From an uncultured Candidatus Saccharibacteria bacterium (GTDB taxonomy: Bacteria; Patescibacteriota; Dojkabacteria; SC72), in assembly GCA_964560525.1 (NCBI GenBank), contig CAZLLO010000004.1:530-64529 (forward strand): a stretch of 64,000 nucleotides of DNA, given 5' to 3'. This document shows positions 8,811 to 18,700 of this stretch, in pieces (position 1 is the stretch's first letter; every line of letters begins with the position of its first letter). A model generated the notes under the pieces. That model made no database searches. It saw only the letters and a list, made by a program, of their open reading frames with translations, and was not told where the DNA came from. A program made the position numbers and the translations under genes.

Positions 8811-9848
8811 TCATCTTAATCTTATTTGCATACATAGATCAATGTAGTATCTCCCATTCTCATTATAAATAGTTCCAAATTCGTGCCTCGATGTGCTAGG
8901 AGTATCAAAATAAGAGTTGCTAAGTAAAAATTGTAACAGATCAAGATTATTGTATACATAAAAACCTAGGATATCACCAGAGGAGACTACGACTAGAAGA
9001 CCGTTCGCAATATTCAGTAAGTTCCATTCGATAGAGGGCATCATTCCCTTTAGAATTGCTTCAAGAAATTGACCTGCTTTCCGTTCAGAATCAAGTAGGA
9101 TTAAATCATTAAGATGTCTAGATAGATTCTTTTCTCCGTTCATATATGCGTCCAAGAGGGATTCTGCAAGGAATTTAGGGAATAGAGTATCAATTTTCCT
9201 AAGGTTAGATTCAAAAACAGGAGATTTGCAGCTTTCATAAGATATTCCTGAATCAATGGCTCTTATAGCTCGGAGCCTTTTGGTTACATCAATGCTCTCC
9301 GAGGCGGTGGTAATTTTATTGATAGCCTGGACCTGTTCCTCTGTTATATTTTCTATTTGATATCTTATTTTTGTTTGTCCTGATGCGTTTAATAGGGTAG
9401 GTTTCCCAGAGAGAAAAGATTTGACACTGAAGAAATCACTGACAATTGTACTTAACTTAGGATCTTTTAAGGTTAATTTCAGATCGCCTTTTACGTGGGA
9501 ACTTGACTTGATTCCTCCACCAAAATATCTATCAGAGAATTCGTTTGCACTGTTTACAGAAAAGGTTGTACTACTCTCCTCTAATATCGCTTTTAGAATA
9601 TCATTTTTTACTTTCTCAATTAGTACCCTATCTATTTCTTCTGTGTGTCCGCTATGACTTATTGATATTGGTGAACCGTCCTCTAATTCGAAGTTTGTAA
9701 GCTCGTCTGCAGATGAGACTTTCTTTACGATATATTTTAACTCTTCTCTTGGTTTGAGACAGCTGTTGGCGCCATAGAAATAGCCGTCTAACAATAGCTT
9801 TAGCATCGTGTATAGCTCTGACCATTCACCTCTATTTGCTGTTATCAT
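8811..9848 (-). CDS. type II restriction endonuclease, HpaII family
   Basis: MITANRGEWSELY N-terminus, FSVKSF...PTLLNAS, FDTPSTSRHEFG and C-terminal QIR; adjacent to a C5 MTase. Confidence 0.85.
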   Translation of the reverse strand: MITANRGEWSELYTMLKLLLDGYFYGANSCLKPREELKYIVKKVSSADELTNFELEDGSPISISHSGHTEEIDRVLIEKVKNDILKAILEESSTTFSVNSANEFSDRYFGGGIKSSSHVKGDLKLTLKDPKLSTIVSDFFSVKSFLSGKPTLLNASGQTKIRYQIENITEEQVQAINKITTASESIDVTKRLRAIRAIDSGISYESCKSPVFESNLRKIDTLFPKFLAESLLDAYMNGEKNLSRHLNDLILLDSERKAGQFLEAILKGMMPSIEWNLLNIANGLLVVVSSGDILGFYVYNNLDLLQFLLSNSYFDTPSTSRHEFGTIYNENGRYYIDLCMQIRLR

Positions 9849-10719
9849 TCTTATTTCTAAGTAAATTTATAACATTTTGCGCAACTGCCTGGATCATTGG
9901 AATTGCGACACTATTGCCAAGTTGTTTCATTGCCTGTGCTTCTGATACTGGAAATTCAAATGTGTTAGGGAACCCTTGCATCTTTAATCCTTCTTTCGGG
10001 GTTAATCTTCTTTCTTTACCATTTACAAGATAAGTGTCCCAATTTCTTCTATCGTGAAGTCCAGAGCCACGACCGCCAACTCTTAAGGTGAATCCTATTT
10101 TCTTAGGGCATTCTCCTTCAAAAATATCTGACATTGTATATTTTAGAGGAACTGGTTTAGGAAATTCAAACTCAATTGATTTGTCTTTGAACCCTACCAT
10201 TAATAATCTATGCCTGTTTTGTGGTATACCATAATCACTGGCAGCAAGAACTTTGTAATAGAAAGAATACCCCATCTCTTCTAAGATATCTTTCATTCTT
10301 AATAACGTTTGACCATTCTGATGGAGGAATAAGCCTTTTACATTTTCTAAAATAAAAGCTTTTGGCTGTTTTACTTTTATTATTCTGGCAATATCAAAAA
10401 ATAATGTGCCACGTGTGTCACCAAAACCCTTTTTGAATCCAGCAACACTAAAAGGTTGACAAGGGAAACCAGCGCAAAGGATATCAAAATCAGGAATTTT
10501 ATTCTCATCAACCTTGGTAATATCTCCAGCAAATTGCTCATCATTAAATACTTCTGGCGAAATCTTTTTGAAATTAGTTTTGTAAGTTTTACGAGCATAT
10601 TTATCCATTTCACTAACATATACACATTTTGCGCCAACATTATGAAGAGCTAGGTGAATACCACCAATTCCAGCAAATAGATCTATGAATCTTAGAGGTT
10701 CGTTTTGTTTATCTGTCAT
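9832..10719 (-). CDS. DNA (cytosine-5) methyltransferase
   Basis: Motifs DLFAGIGG, AGFPCQPFS, ENVKGL, PQNRHR, KQLGNSV. Confidence 0.96.
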   Translation of the reverse strand: MTDKQNEPLRFIDLFAGIGGIHLALHNVGAKCVYVSEMDKYARKTYKTNFKKISPEVFNDEQFAGDITKVDENKIPDFDILCAGFPCQPFSVAGFKKGFGDTRGTLFFDIARIIKVKQPKAFILENVKGLFLHQNGQTLLRMKDILEEMGYSFYYKVLAASDYGIPQNRHRLLMVGFKDKSIEFEFPKPVPLKYTMSDIFEGECPKKIGFTLRVGGRGSGLHDRRNWDTYLVNGKERRLTPKEGLKMQGFPNTFEFPVSEAQAMKQLGNSVAIPMIQAVAQNVINLLRNKNDNSK

Positions 10720-10920
10720 AAATTTAATTCTATCAGTTACGTGCATAGTCTTAAATAGGCGATGCTAATTATCTTGATAACACAGTCGTTCTATTCTCAT
10801 ATAGTATTTATATCTAGACTTGTAGGGGTTATACCTAACCGCTTTAATAAAGAGCCGAGGCTTAGCAACCTTTTCATGATTTGTTGCAAAATATTTTCAG
10901 GCTGCTCACTTTTCATCCTC

Positions 10921-10949
10921 TAGACTTATCCACATCCTTACCATATAAT
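10921..10949 (+). promoter_or_regulatory. promoter with embedded DnaA box
   Basis: TAGACT-17-TATAAT with a perfect TTATCCACA at 10926-10934. Confidence 0.55.
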
Positions 10950-10976
10950 TATGTATTAATCTAACCCACTATCCCT

Positions 10977-12284
10977 ATGTCAGAGAAGATAGGATTTGTG
11001 AGTAACGATATTAATTCCCAAACTACCCAAACAGATCTGTATTCAAAAGAGCTCATATTCAATGGAGCTTTACGTTTCTTTGCACACCCAAGTAAGGATA
11101 TAGATAGAAAATCATTTAAGATAGCTAAAACGGTACTCTCAGAAATAGAGACTTGGGAATTGGAATATGGTAAAAAGAATTTCTCCAAACTGAAAAACAA
11201 TGCAATATTAGTAGCGTATCTCTCATACAAGTTTGGTGAAATAGTAGGATTAACACAGAAGGAGCTTTCTAACGTATATATTGCAGGGCTAGTACAAGAC
11301 ATAGGTAAAACATACATGTGTGGTGGTAACAAAGCTCTTGCCTATGAATATATTACTTCTCCTCTTAAGAAAGGTGAGAAAGGGTTTGAGAAGATTCTTG
11401 AAGCTCTAAAGCTATACCCTGTTCAAACAAAAAAATATTTACAAGCCAGAACAAAATTAAACTTTGAGATTGTAGAAACTGCATTTAACTACCATTCTGT
11501 CTACAGTAATCTATTTAAAGAGGGTTATCCAGGAACGGACAAAACCATATCTCAACTTGATACTGTGCTATGGTTTGCAGATAGCTTAAGCGCTATATCC
11601 TTCAGCAGTATCCCACAGTTACAGAGAAACTATAGCAAGGATAGGTATGTATCTTTAATGGAGGCTTTGGATTTGCTAAGAGAACAAACAGAAGAGAAGC
11701 TTCCTAAATTTTGGAACAAGACATCGGGTGTTACATTAATGAGCTTGGTATTTACAATGGTAATGGGTATGGCATCTACTAGCAAGATACATGCTGCAGG
11801 ATATACTTCTGATCAAGTTGTTACACTAGCAAATGAATATAGAGAACAACAGGGGTTAAAACCATTAACTGTTGATGAAAAGTTGGCTAAGGCTGCATAT
11901 GACAAAGCAAAAGATATGTTTGAAAAAGGCTATTGGGATCACTATGGTCCTAATGGTGAAACTCCTTGGCAGTTCATACGTGGTGAGGGTTATGAGTATT
12001 CATATGCTGGTGAGAACCTAGCAAAAGGCTTCTCCGATGTTGAGCAGCTAAACAAAGCATGGATTGAGAGTCCTGCACATAGGGATAATTTAGTAAAGCC
12101 AGAATATACAGGTATTGGTGTGGCAGTTATGGATGGTACTTTAGATGGTCAGGATGTTACATTGGTTGTTCAGATATTTGCAAAAGAGAAAACTAATACA
12201 GAGAATGCAACTAGCACAGAGAAGAATATATTTGATAGTTTTAGAGATTTCATAGAACGTATTAAGGAAGAATTAAAGGTGTAG
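10977..12284 (+). CDS. degenerate HD-GYP-like domain + TM/signal + CAP (SCP-like) domain fusion
   Basis: AGLVQDIGK, GYP, FADSLSAI in the N-half; LANEYR...AKDMFEKGYWDH...AGENLA...WIESPAHRDN CAP motifs in the C-half. Confidence 0.8.
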   Translation: MSEKIGFVSNDINSQTTQTDLYSKELIFNGALRFFAHPSKDIDRKSFKIAKTVLSEIETWELEYGKKNFSKLKNNAILVAYLSYKFGEIVGLTQKELSNVYIAGLVQDIGKTYMCGGNKALAYEYITSPLKKGEKGFEKILEALKLYPVQTKKYLQARTKLNFEIVETAFNYHSVYSNLFKEGYPGTDKTISQLDTVLWFADSLSAISFSSIPQLQRNYSKDRYVSLMEALDLLREQTEEKLPKFWNKTSGVTLMSLVFTMVMGMASTSKIHAAGYTSDQVVTLANEYREQQGLKPLTVDEKLAKAAYDKAKDMFEKGYWDHYGPNGETPWQFIRGEGYEYSYAGENLAKGFSDVEQLNKAWIESPAHRDNLVKPEYTGIGVAVMDGTLDGQDVTLVVQIFAKEKTNTENATSTEKNIFDSFRDFIERIKEELKV

Positions 12285-12300
12285 ATGGTATACTTTGAGT

Positions 12301-12933
12301 ATGCTAGATCAACAAATCTTAAATGAATACAACAGACTTCAGAATATCCATGGTGAACCAACTTTAGATCCCATTATTAGTGGTGGTCAGTATATCAATC
12401 CCGATATTTGTTTCGTCTTTATGAACCCTACTGGACGTAATGTCGCAGCCGAGAAATCTTGGGCATCAATTAAATCCCCATGGCTTGGTACTAAGAATAT
12501 ATGGAATATATTTTCTAAATTAAATATGTTAGACGAAATAGTATTCACAGAAATACAAAAAAGAAAACCCAAAGATTGGGATTATGATTTTGCAAATAGG
12601 GTATATGAGGATATAACCAAAAGAGGGATATATATTACTAATTTAGCTAAGTGTACACAGATTGATGCAAGGCCATTACCGAATAGTGTGTTTAAAGAAT
12701 ATTTAGATCTTTTATTTATGGAATTAGATATTGTTAAACCTAAAAAGATTGTTACATTTGGGAATCAGGTGAGTAGTATATTCTTAGATACAAATATATC
12801 TGTATCAAAGGATAGGAAGAAGGTGTTTATGCATAATAATATTCCTACATTACCTGTATATTATCCTGTGGGTCAGGGTAGAAGGAATATGGATCTTGCT
12901 GTAGAGGATATTGAGTGGTTTATGAATAACTAA
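12301..12933 (+). CDS. uracil-DNA glycosylase superfamily protein
   Basis: YITNLAKC, ELDIVKPKKIVTFG, PVYYP resemble the family-4-like UDG fold. Confidence 0.75.
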   Translation: MLDQQILNEYNRLQNIHGEPTLDPIISGGQYINPDICFVFMNPTGRNVAAEKSWASIKSPWLGTKNIWNIFSKLNMLDEIVFTEIQKRKPKDWDYDFANRVYEDITKRGIYITNLAKCTQIDARPLPNSVFKEYLDLLFMELDIVKPKKIVTFGNQVSSIFLDTNISVSKDRKKVFMHNNIPTLPVYYPVGQGRRNMDLAVEDIEWFMNN

Positions 12934-14372
12934 AGATTCAGTATTACTCTTCCAACACCGTCTTCAACACCCTGTCCAAGATGTAATAGTGTTTGTTCAT
13001 CAAAATGTTTCCCTATGAACTGTATACCAGTAGGCATACCATTAGATAATCCAGAAGGAACTGTTAAACCAGGTAATCCAACCTCTGAGCTACCCTCTGC
13101 TAATACATCCGCTATTTCACCAAACAATGGATTATCTGCATCCTTGTCTCTAAGGGCTACCGATGGAGTAGTAGGAGCTACAATAGCATCATACTTACCT
13201 AATACATTCTCCAAATCTTCTCTAATTAACTGTCGAACCTGTTCTGATTTTCTAAAATATTCATCAGCATATCCTGCAGAGAGTGAGAATGTTCCAGTCA
13301 TAATTCTTCGCTTAGCTTCTTCTCCAAAACCTTCACCCCTGGTAGATTCGTAGAATATCTTTACATTTTCATTCCTGCTACCTTCTAAACCATATCTAGT
13401 ACCATCATATCTGGCTAAGTTAGAAGATACCTCGCTTCTACAAGTAATGGTATATACTGCCATCCCAAACTTAGGATCCATGATATGTACTTCTTCAATG
13501 ATTGCTCCTAAATCTTTCAATATCTTTATACTATTTTCAAAGTTCTTTCTAACCCCATCTTCAATATCTAAATCTAAATATTCCTTAGGTAATGCTAATC
13601 TCATTCCCTTTATCTTGTTTACATCCAATTGTGATAGGTAATCCTGTATTGGAAGTTTTGAAGATGTAAAATCATGTGGATCATATCCTGCGATTATACC
13701 TAACATATATGCTGCATCCTTAACTGTCTTAACTATTGGTCCTGGGCAATCTAGGGATGATCCCATTGCTAATACTCCATATCTTGGTACTCTTCCATAT
13801 GTTGGCTTTAAGCCTACAGTTCCACACCATGAGGAGGGTAATCTAATGGAGCCTGCTGTTTCAGTGCCTAGGGAGCCTGTACATAGGTCTGCAGCTATTG
13901 CAGCAGCTGAACCTCCACTTGATCCTCCGGGTAGTGTTTCTTTGTTCCAAGGGTTTCTAGTAGGTCCATAATATGATGTAACGGTGGATGATCCATGACA
14001 GAACTGATCGAGGTTGGTTTTACCAAGTATAATGGCTGATTCATCTAAGATTCTTTTAGTTACTGTTGATTCATATACGGGGGTATATCCATCTAGGATG
14101 TGTGATGCACATGTGGTTAAGATATCTTTTGTAGAGAATACATCTTTAACAGCTATGGGAATCCCAGCGAGTTTTTTGTCTTTTAATGTCTCAAAGTTGT
14201 TGTCAAAATCAGATGCTTTTTTTAGTGCATTCTCTGCATCTACTGTGATATATGCATTTAATTCTTTGTCTAGCTTGGAAATTCGTTGTAGGTAATAATT
14301 AGTTGCTTCTGTTGCGGATATTTCTTTTGAGAGTAGTTTTTCTCTGAGTTCTGTAATACTAAGATTTTCCAC
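12930..14372 (-). CDS. gatA: Asp/Glu-tRNA amidotransferase subunit A
   Basis: Amidase signature GGSSGGSAAA...GTETAGSIRLPS; SSNLARYDG; EAKRRIMTGT. Confidence 0.97.
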   Translation of the reverse strand: MENLSITELREKLLSKEISATEATNYYLQRISKLDKELNAYITVDAENALKKASDFDNNFETLKDKKLAGIPIAVKDVFSTKDILTTCASHILDGYTPVYESTVTKRILDESAIILGKTNLDQFCHGSSTVTSYYGPTRNPWNKETLPGGSSGGSAAAIAADLCTGSLGTETAGSIRLPSSWCGTVGLKPTYGRVPRYGVLAMGSSLDCPGPIVKTVKDAAYMLGIIAGYDPHDFTSSKLPIQDYLSQLDVNKIKGMRLALPKEYLDLDIEDGVRKNFENSIKILKDLGAIIEEVHIMDPKFGMAVYTITCRSEVSSNLARYDGTRYGLEGSRNENVKIFYESTRGEGFGEEAKRRIMTGTFSLSAGYADEYFRKSEQVRQLIREDLENVLGKYDAIVAPTTPSVALRDKDADNPLFGEIADVLAEGSSEVGLPGLTVPSGLSNGMPTGIQFIGKHFDEQTLLHLGQGVEDGVGRVILNL

Positions 14373-14411
14373 CTGTTGTGTTAAGAATATATTAATTACT
14401 ATGCAATTCTA

Positions 14412-14990
14412 TCAAAGAATCCATAAAATTAGAATGGATATGGTTGCTGAAACTAGTGTCCCTATGATTGTTTGCATAGGAGTATGTTTTTTTAGAATTA
14501 CTCTGGATACTGCAATAAATGGGGTAAATATGAAGATGAGTGGTAAAAAATCTGCATATGGGAAAAGGAATAAAAGGGTGAAGAATAGTAGTGTGGAATA
14601 TGTCATATGACCACTCATTTTCCAATAAAGTGTAACTATGGTTAATACACAGGTTACAGTAAAGATAGCTAATGTTACTTGAGTTAAGATGGTATCTTTA
14701 AGTAGTAGGGTTAGAAGGAACAATATTAAATAGCTAATGGTGGTAATAGTGAAATATGGTGGTCTTTCTTCTCGTTTTGTAAATTCGTAATCAGATATCT
14801 TACCCATTTTTCTTAAAATGAAGAATGGGGCTATTGTTGCTGTAATGTACAAGAAAGGGAAAAGGATTTTGTAAAAAATATTAATATCTGATATCGCAAA
14901 TGCGATTGTTGGTGTAAGTATCATTGTAAAGAAGCCGTTGAATATCTCTGATACTATTCTAGATATTTTTGTCAGTAGTTTCTTGTTCAT
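14412..14990 (-). CDS. PAP2-like integral membrane protein
   Basis: Multiple TMs with KMSGH and SRVILKKHT motifs. Confidence 0.7.
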   Translation of the reverse strand: MNKKLLTKISRIVSEIFNGFFTMILTPTIAFAISDINIFYKILFPFLYITATIAPFFILRKMGKISDYEFTKREERPPYFTITTISYLILFLLTLLLKDTILTQVTLAIFTVTCVLTIVTLYWKMSGHMTYSTLLFFTLLFLFPYADFLPLIFIFTPFIAVSRVILKKHTPMQTIIGTLVSATISILILWIL

Positions 14991-15053
14991 ATATCCAACC
15001 ATTGTAGCGTAGATGGGGGTATAAAAAAAGGTATGTTCTATGAACAGAGGAGA

Positions 15054-15737
15054 TTATTCTGTTGCTCTTGTTGCTATAACAATGGCTCTTTTCCAATTTG
15101 TACCTATGGGCCAGCACGACATTAATGTTAATGTATCTTCATCCATATACTTACCTAAATACTTGGTGTCTGTAGAATCAACTATTTTCGTTTCTAGAAC
15201 TAGATATTTATATATATCACTATTGTAGCTGATATATATTGGGTCACCATTTTCTAACTCATTTAGTAGATAGAAATAGACATTGAAATTGCGTTGCTCA
15301 TAGAAGTTTACAGCGGAATGGGCAAAAAGGAATGTATTTCCTGTTTGATTTGGTAATGATGTTCCTTCTGCATGAGCGATTCCTTGACTTAATGCTGAGT
15401 TATATGCTTCTTTATCTACTGGATTTACATTGGAGATTACCTTTGCATTGGCTTTTATTTTTGGAATATATATTCCAAAATCTTTATCTACAAATATTGT
15501 TTCTGTTGACTTGGTAATTATTTTTGTGACCTCATTATTATCAGAAGAAATTTTAAGGGGGAGTGTTTCTTCCGAGGGTGTGAATACATAGCTGAAATAA
15601 GCGAAGATGAGGGGTTTGTATGTTACAAAAAGGAATGTACATCCAACGAATAGCAGGAGGATACCTACATAACGTAAGTATCCTCTTTTATTACTACTTG
15701 ATTTCGTTTCCTCTATTTCGTTTTCTTGCATAAACAT
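15054..15737 (-). CDS. sortase
   Basis: N-terminal TM, GNTFLFAHS (His), TLTLMSCWP (Cys), KR (Arg): the catalytic triad. Start uncertain; overlaps the adhesin 3' end. Confidence 0.92.
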   Translation of the reverse strand: MFMQENEIEETKSSSNKRGYLRYVGILLLFVGCTFLFVTYKPLIFAYFSYVFTPSEETLPLKISSDNNEVTKIITKSTETIFVDKDFGIYIPKIKANAKVISNVNPVDKEAYNSALSQGIAHAEGTSLPNQTGNTFLFAHSAVNFYEQRNFNVYFYLLNELENGDPIYISYNSDIYKYLVLETKIVDSTDTKYLGKYMDEDTLTLMSCWPIGTNWKRAIVIATRATE

Positions 15738-18700
15738 ATGAGATACTGATTATTGTTATTGCTCCCACCCCTATTAAAACATATTTTAACCAGCTCCATA
15801 CGTTTGATTGAGTTTCTTCATCAGTTACACCTTTGACCTCTTCGTTTGTATTTGTGTCTGTATTATCTTCTGTAGTTTCGGTACCTTTTACTTCTTCTAC
15901 AGGGACTACTGTTGGCGTAACTGGTGTGGTAGGTGTTGCTGGAACTATTGTAACTACAACAGTTTTATCTGTAACAAATGTAGATGTGTTATCTGCAACG
16001 TCTAATGCTCTTACTGCATAGAAGTAGGTTTGTCCACATACAGGCTGTGTATCAGAATATGTAACTAATTGATTTGGTCCTGCAACTATTTCTTTTATCA
16101 ACGTAGAACTGTCCGCTGTAAAGGTTGCTTTGTCAGATCTGAATATTTGTACTTTTGCTGTCTGTCCATCATTTGCAGTTGTGAATTCCAAATTATTTGT
16201 ACAACTTGCTGTTGTTTTGGTGTAATTCAATACTGGAGATGGTTCAACTAGATCTATGATGACTGAAACTTTGTCAGAAGTTACTTCATCTGCGCCTGCT
16301 TTTGCTACTACATAGAATTCATATGTTCCATCTGAAGTTACTACAGAGCTATCAACTACACAGTTTCCACTATTTCCAATTGTATTCAATGTATACTCTG
16401 GACCAAAAGCGCCATGAGTTGTTTCGTAACATTGCACAGTAATACTTCTTGATTGAATATCTAATGCTACAAATCCAACCTCGAAGCTTGATTCGCTGTA
16501 TGGTGTTTTTGGTTGTTCAATTTCTACGGCTAGGTCGCCAGAATCTGCATATGCTCTTGTTGGCATTACTAAAGAAGTTATACCAACTAATGCAACTACT
16601 AAAAGACCTAGAACTTTCATCATTTTCTTTTTCGGACTAAATATTATGAATGCAAGACCAAGTAACATTGTACATATTGCGCCAATTGTTAATATTGTGC
16701 TTGCACCTGTATCTGGGAGTGTTTGTTCATCTGTTATACCAAGAACTTGCCCTTGCTCAACTGGTTCAGTGATGTTAACGTCTGTGCTTGCAAAGAATCC
16801 TGTTGCTGCACTTCCCAAAGTTCTGTTATCAGTTAGGGTTACTCCCTCTGTCCATGCGAGATCTTTGTACTTTCCTGCGTCTAATGTGTCAGAGATATTA
16901 CCAACATATGTCAGTGTTATAACTTCTCCTTCAAGCATCTTCCCAAGATTCCATTTTCCTGGGCTTGCATAGGTTGGTTCGGTCGTTATACTTTGTGCTT
17001 TCAAATTACCTCTAATATTGGAAATTGCTGTCCATGAACCTACTTGGTATTTGATACCGGCAGGTGGAAGATCTACAACTTTTACATTTTCAATTATATA
17101 ATTTCCACCATCATCTTGTGATTCAGGTGCAGTTACGATCAAGGTGTAAAGGACATTGCTTCCTGCTACCAAGCTTACGCCACCAGCATTATTTGCTTTT
17201 GCTATTTGTAATTCTGGTACAATTATTCGGTTTGTACATACTACTTCAATATTTTCGCCATTACCGACATAGAACGTACCGGTTCCCATAAGTGATGGTC
17301 TTTCATTTATTACATGACATCCTAGTGAAAGGAATCCATCTTTTTCTAGCTCATTTATAGAGTAAGGACCTGCATCTAAGTTACTAAATGTAGCTACCTT
17401 ATTATTTGAGGCATCGTTTGTATCACTAATGGTTTGTATATTTGTAAGATCATTATTTAGTGTTACATTGAATTCTGTATCAGAGTAGACACCTTCACCA
17501 ATATAGTCTGCGTTAACAACATCCTTGTACACTGTTATGGTTCCTGGCTGAGCTGTATTTGTTATTGTACATGTAACATCATCTTCTGGTGCCAATGTAA
17601 CCACGTTTCCATTGAGAACGCCTTCTTTATCACATGACCATTGTGAAGCAGTGAATCCATCAGGTCCTTCTTCAGAAAGTGTATATGTTTGTCTTGGTGT
17701 TACTACATGGAATGCTCCTTCATCTCCTACAGCTGAGAATCCATATCTGTCTCCTGTTGCACTTAATATCCAATTGCTTGAAAAACCATCTGAATTGTAT
17801 GCATTTTCAACAGACTTCACTAATTTCAAAGTAGGGACATATGTTAGAGAGACATTTGCTGTTGCTGAAGCACTGTCTGTATTCTCTTCATCATCCATTA
17901 CTGTTGCAGTAAATACGTTAGTATGTATTGCTGGTGCAACACCTGCTGGGACTGAGAATGTATGTTCGAATGAACAACTTGAATTTCCTGCTAAGACTGT
18001 TCCTACGTTACAATCTAAATCTCCTGTTAAATCTCCGAATTTGTCATCAACTAAGTCCATAATCATTACACTTTCTGCAGTATTGTTTTGTATTGTGAAT
18101 GTAAATAATACATCTGCACCTGTTTCAGGTACCGATTCCACAGAAGCAGTCTTAGTTACAGTGATATCTGGATTTACATTGTAGAATGAGATAACCTCGT
18201 TGTCATGATTTCCAGTTGTATTTGTTTCATCATCTTGAGCTTCTACAACAAAGACATTCTCATGATCTGCACTTCCTGCATCTCCAGAGATGAACTTTGT
18301 AAGAGTGAATGAACATGAAGCATTTTGAGCTAATGTTGTTCCTACTTTACATGTATCATTTCCATCAAGAGTACCAAATACACTATCGTTGAGGTATGTG
18401 ATATTTACACTTTCTGAGCTTGTATTCTTTACAGTATAAGTGAATGTTACATTCTGACCTGTTTCAGGGATATCGTTATCATTTGCTGTTTTATTTACTT
18501 CAATTGTAGGAAAGTGATCTATATCTGTATTAGTAATTGTACATGTCTTAGATTCTCCGATTCCTATTGTTCCAGAACAGTTATTTCCTATGGATTGTGT
18601 ATAGTTACTTGTGTTGTATAGCTCTGTTACATTATATGATCCTGCATTTAGTGTTAGGGTTGTTCCTGCTTCGGATCCCGCAAAAGATGGGTTAGAAACG

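Noticed and set aside
10926-10934. DnaA boxes as oriC
   Set aside because: Single isolated boxes, no cluster, and no dnaA/dnaN in the window.
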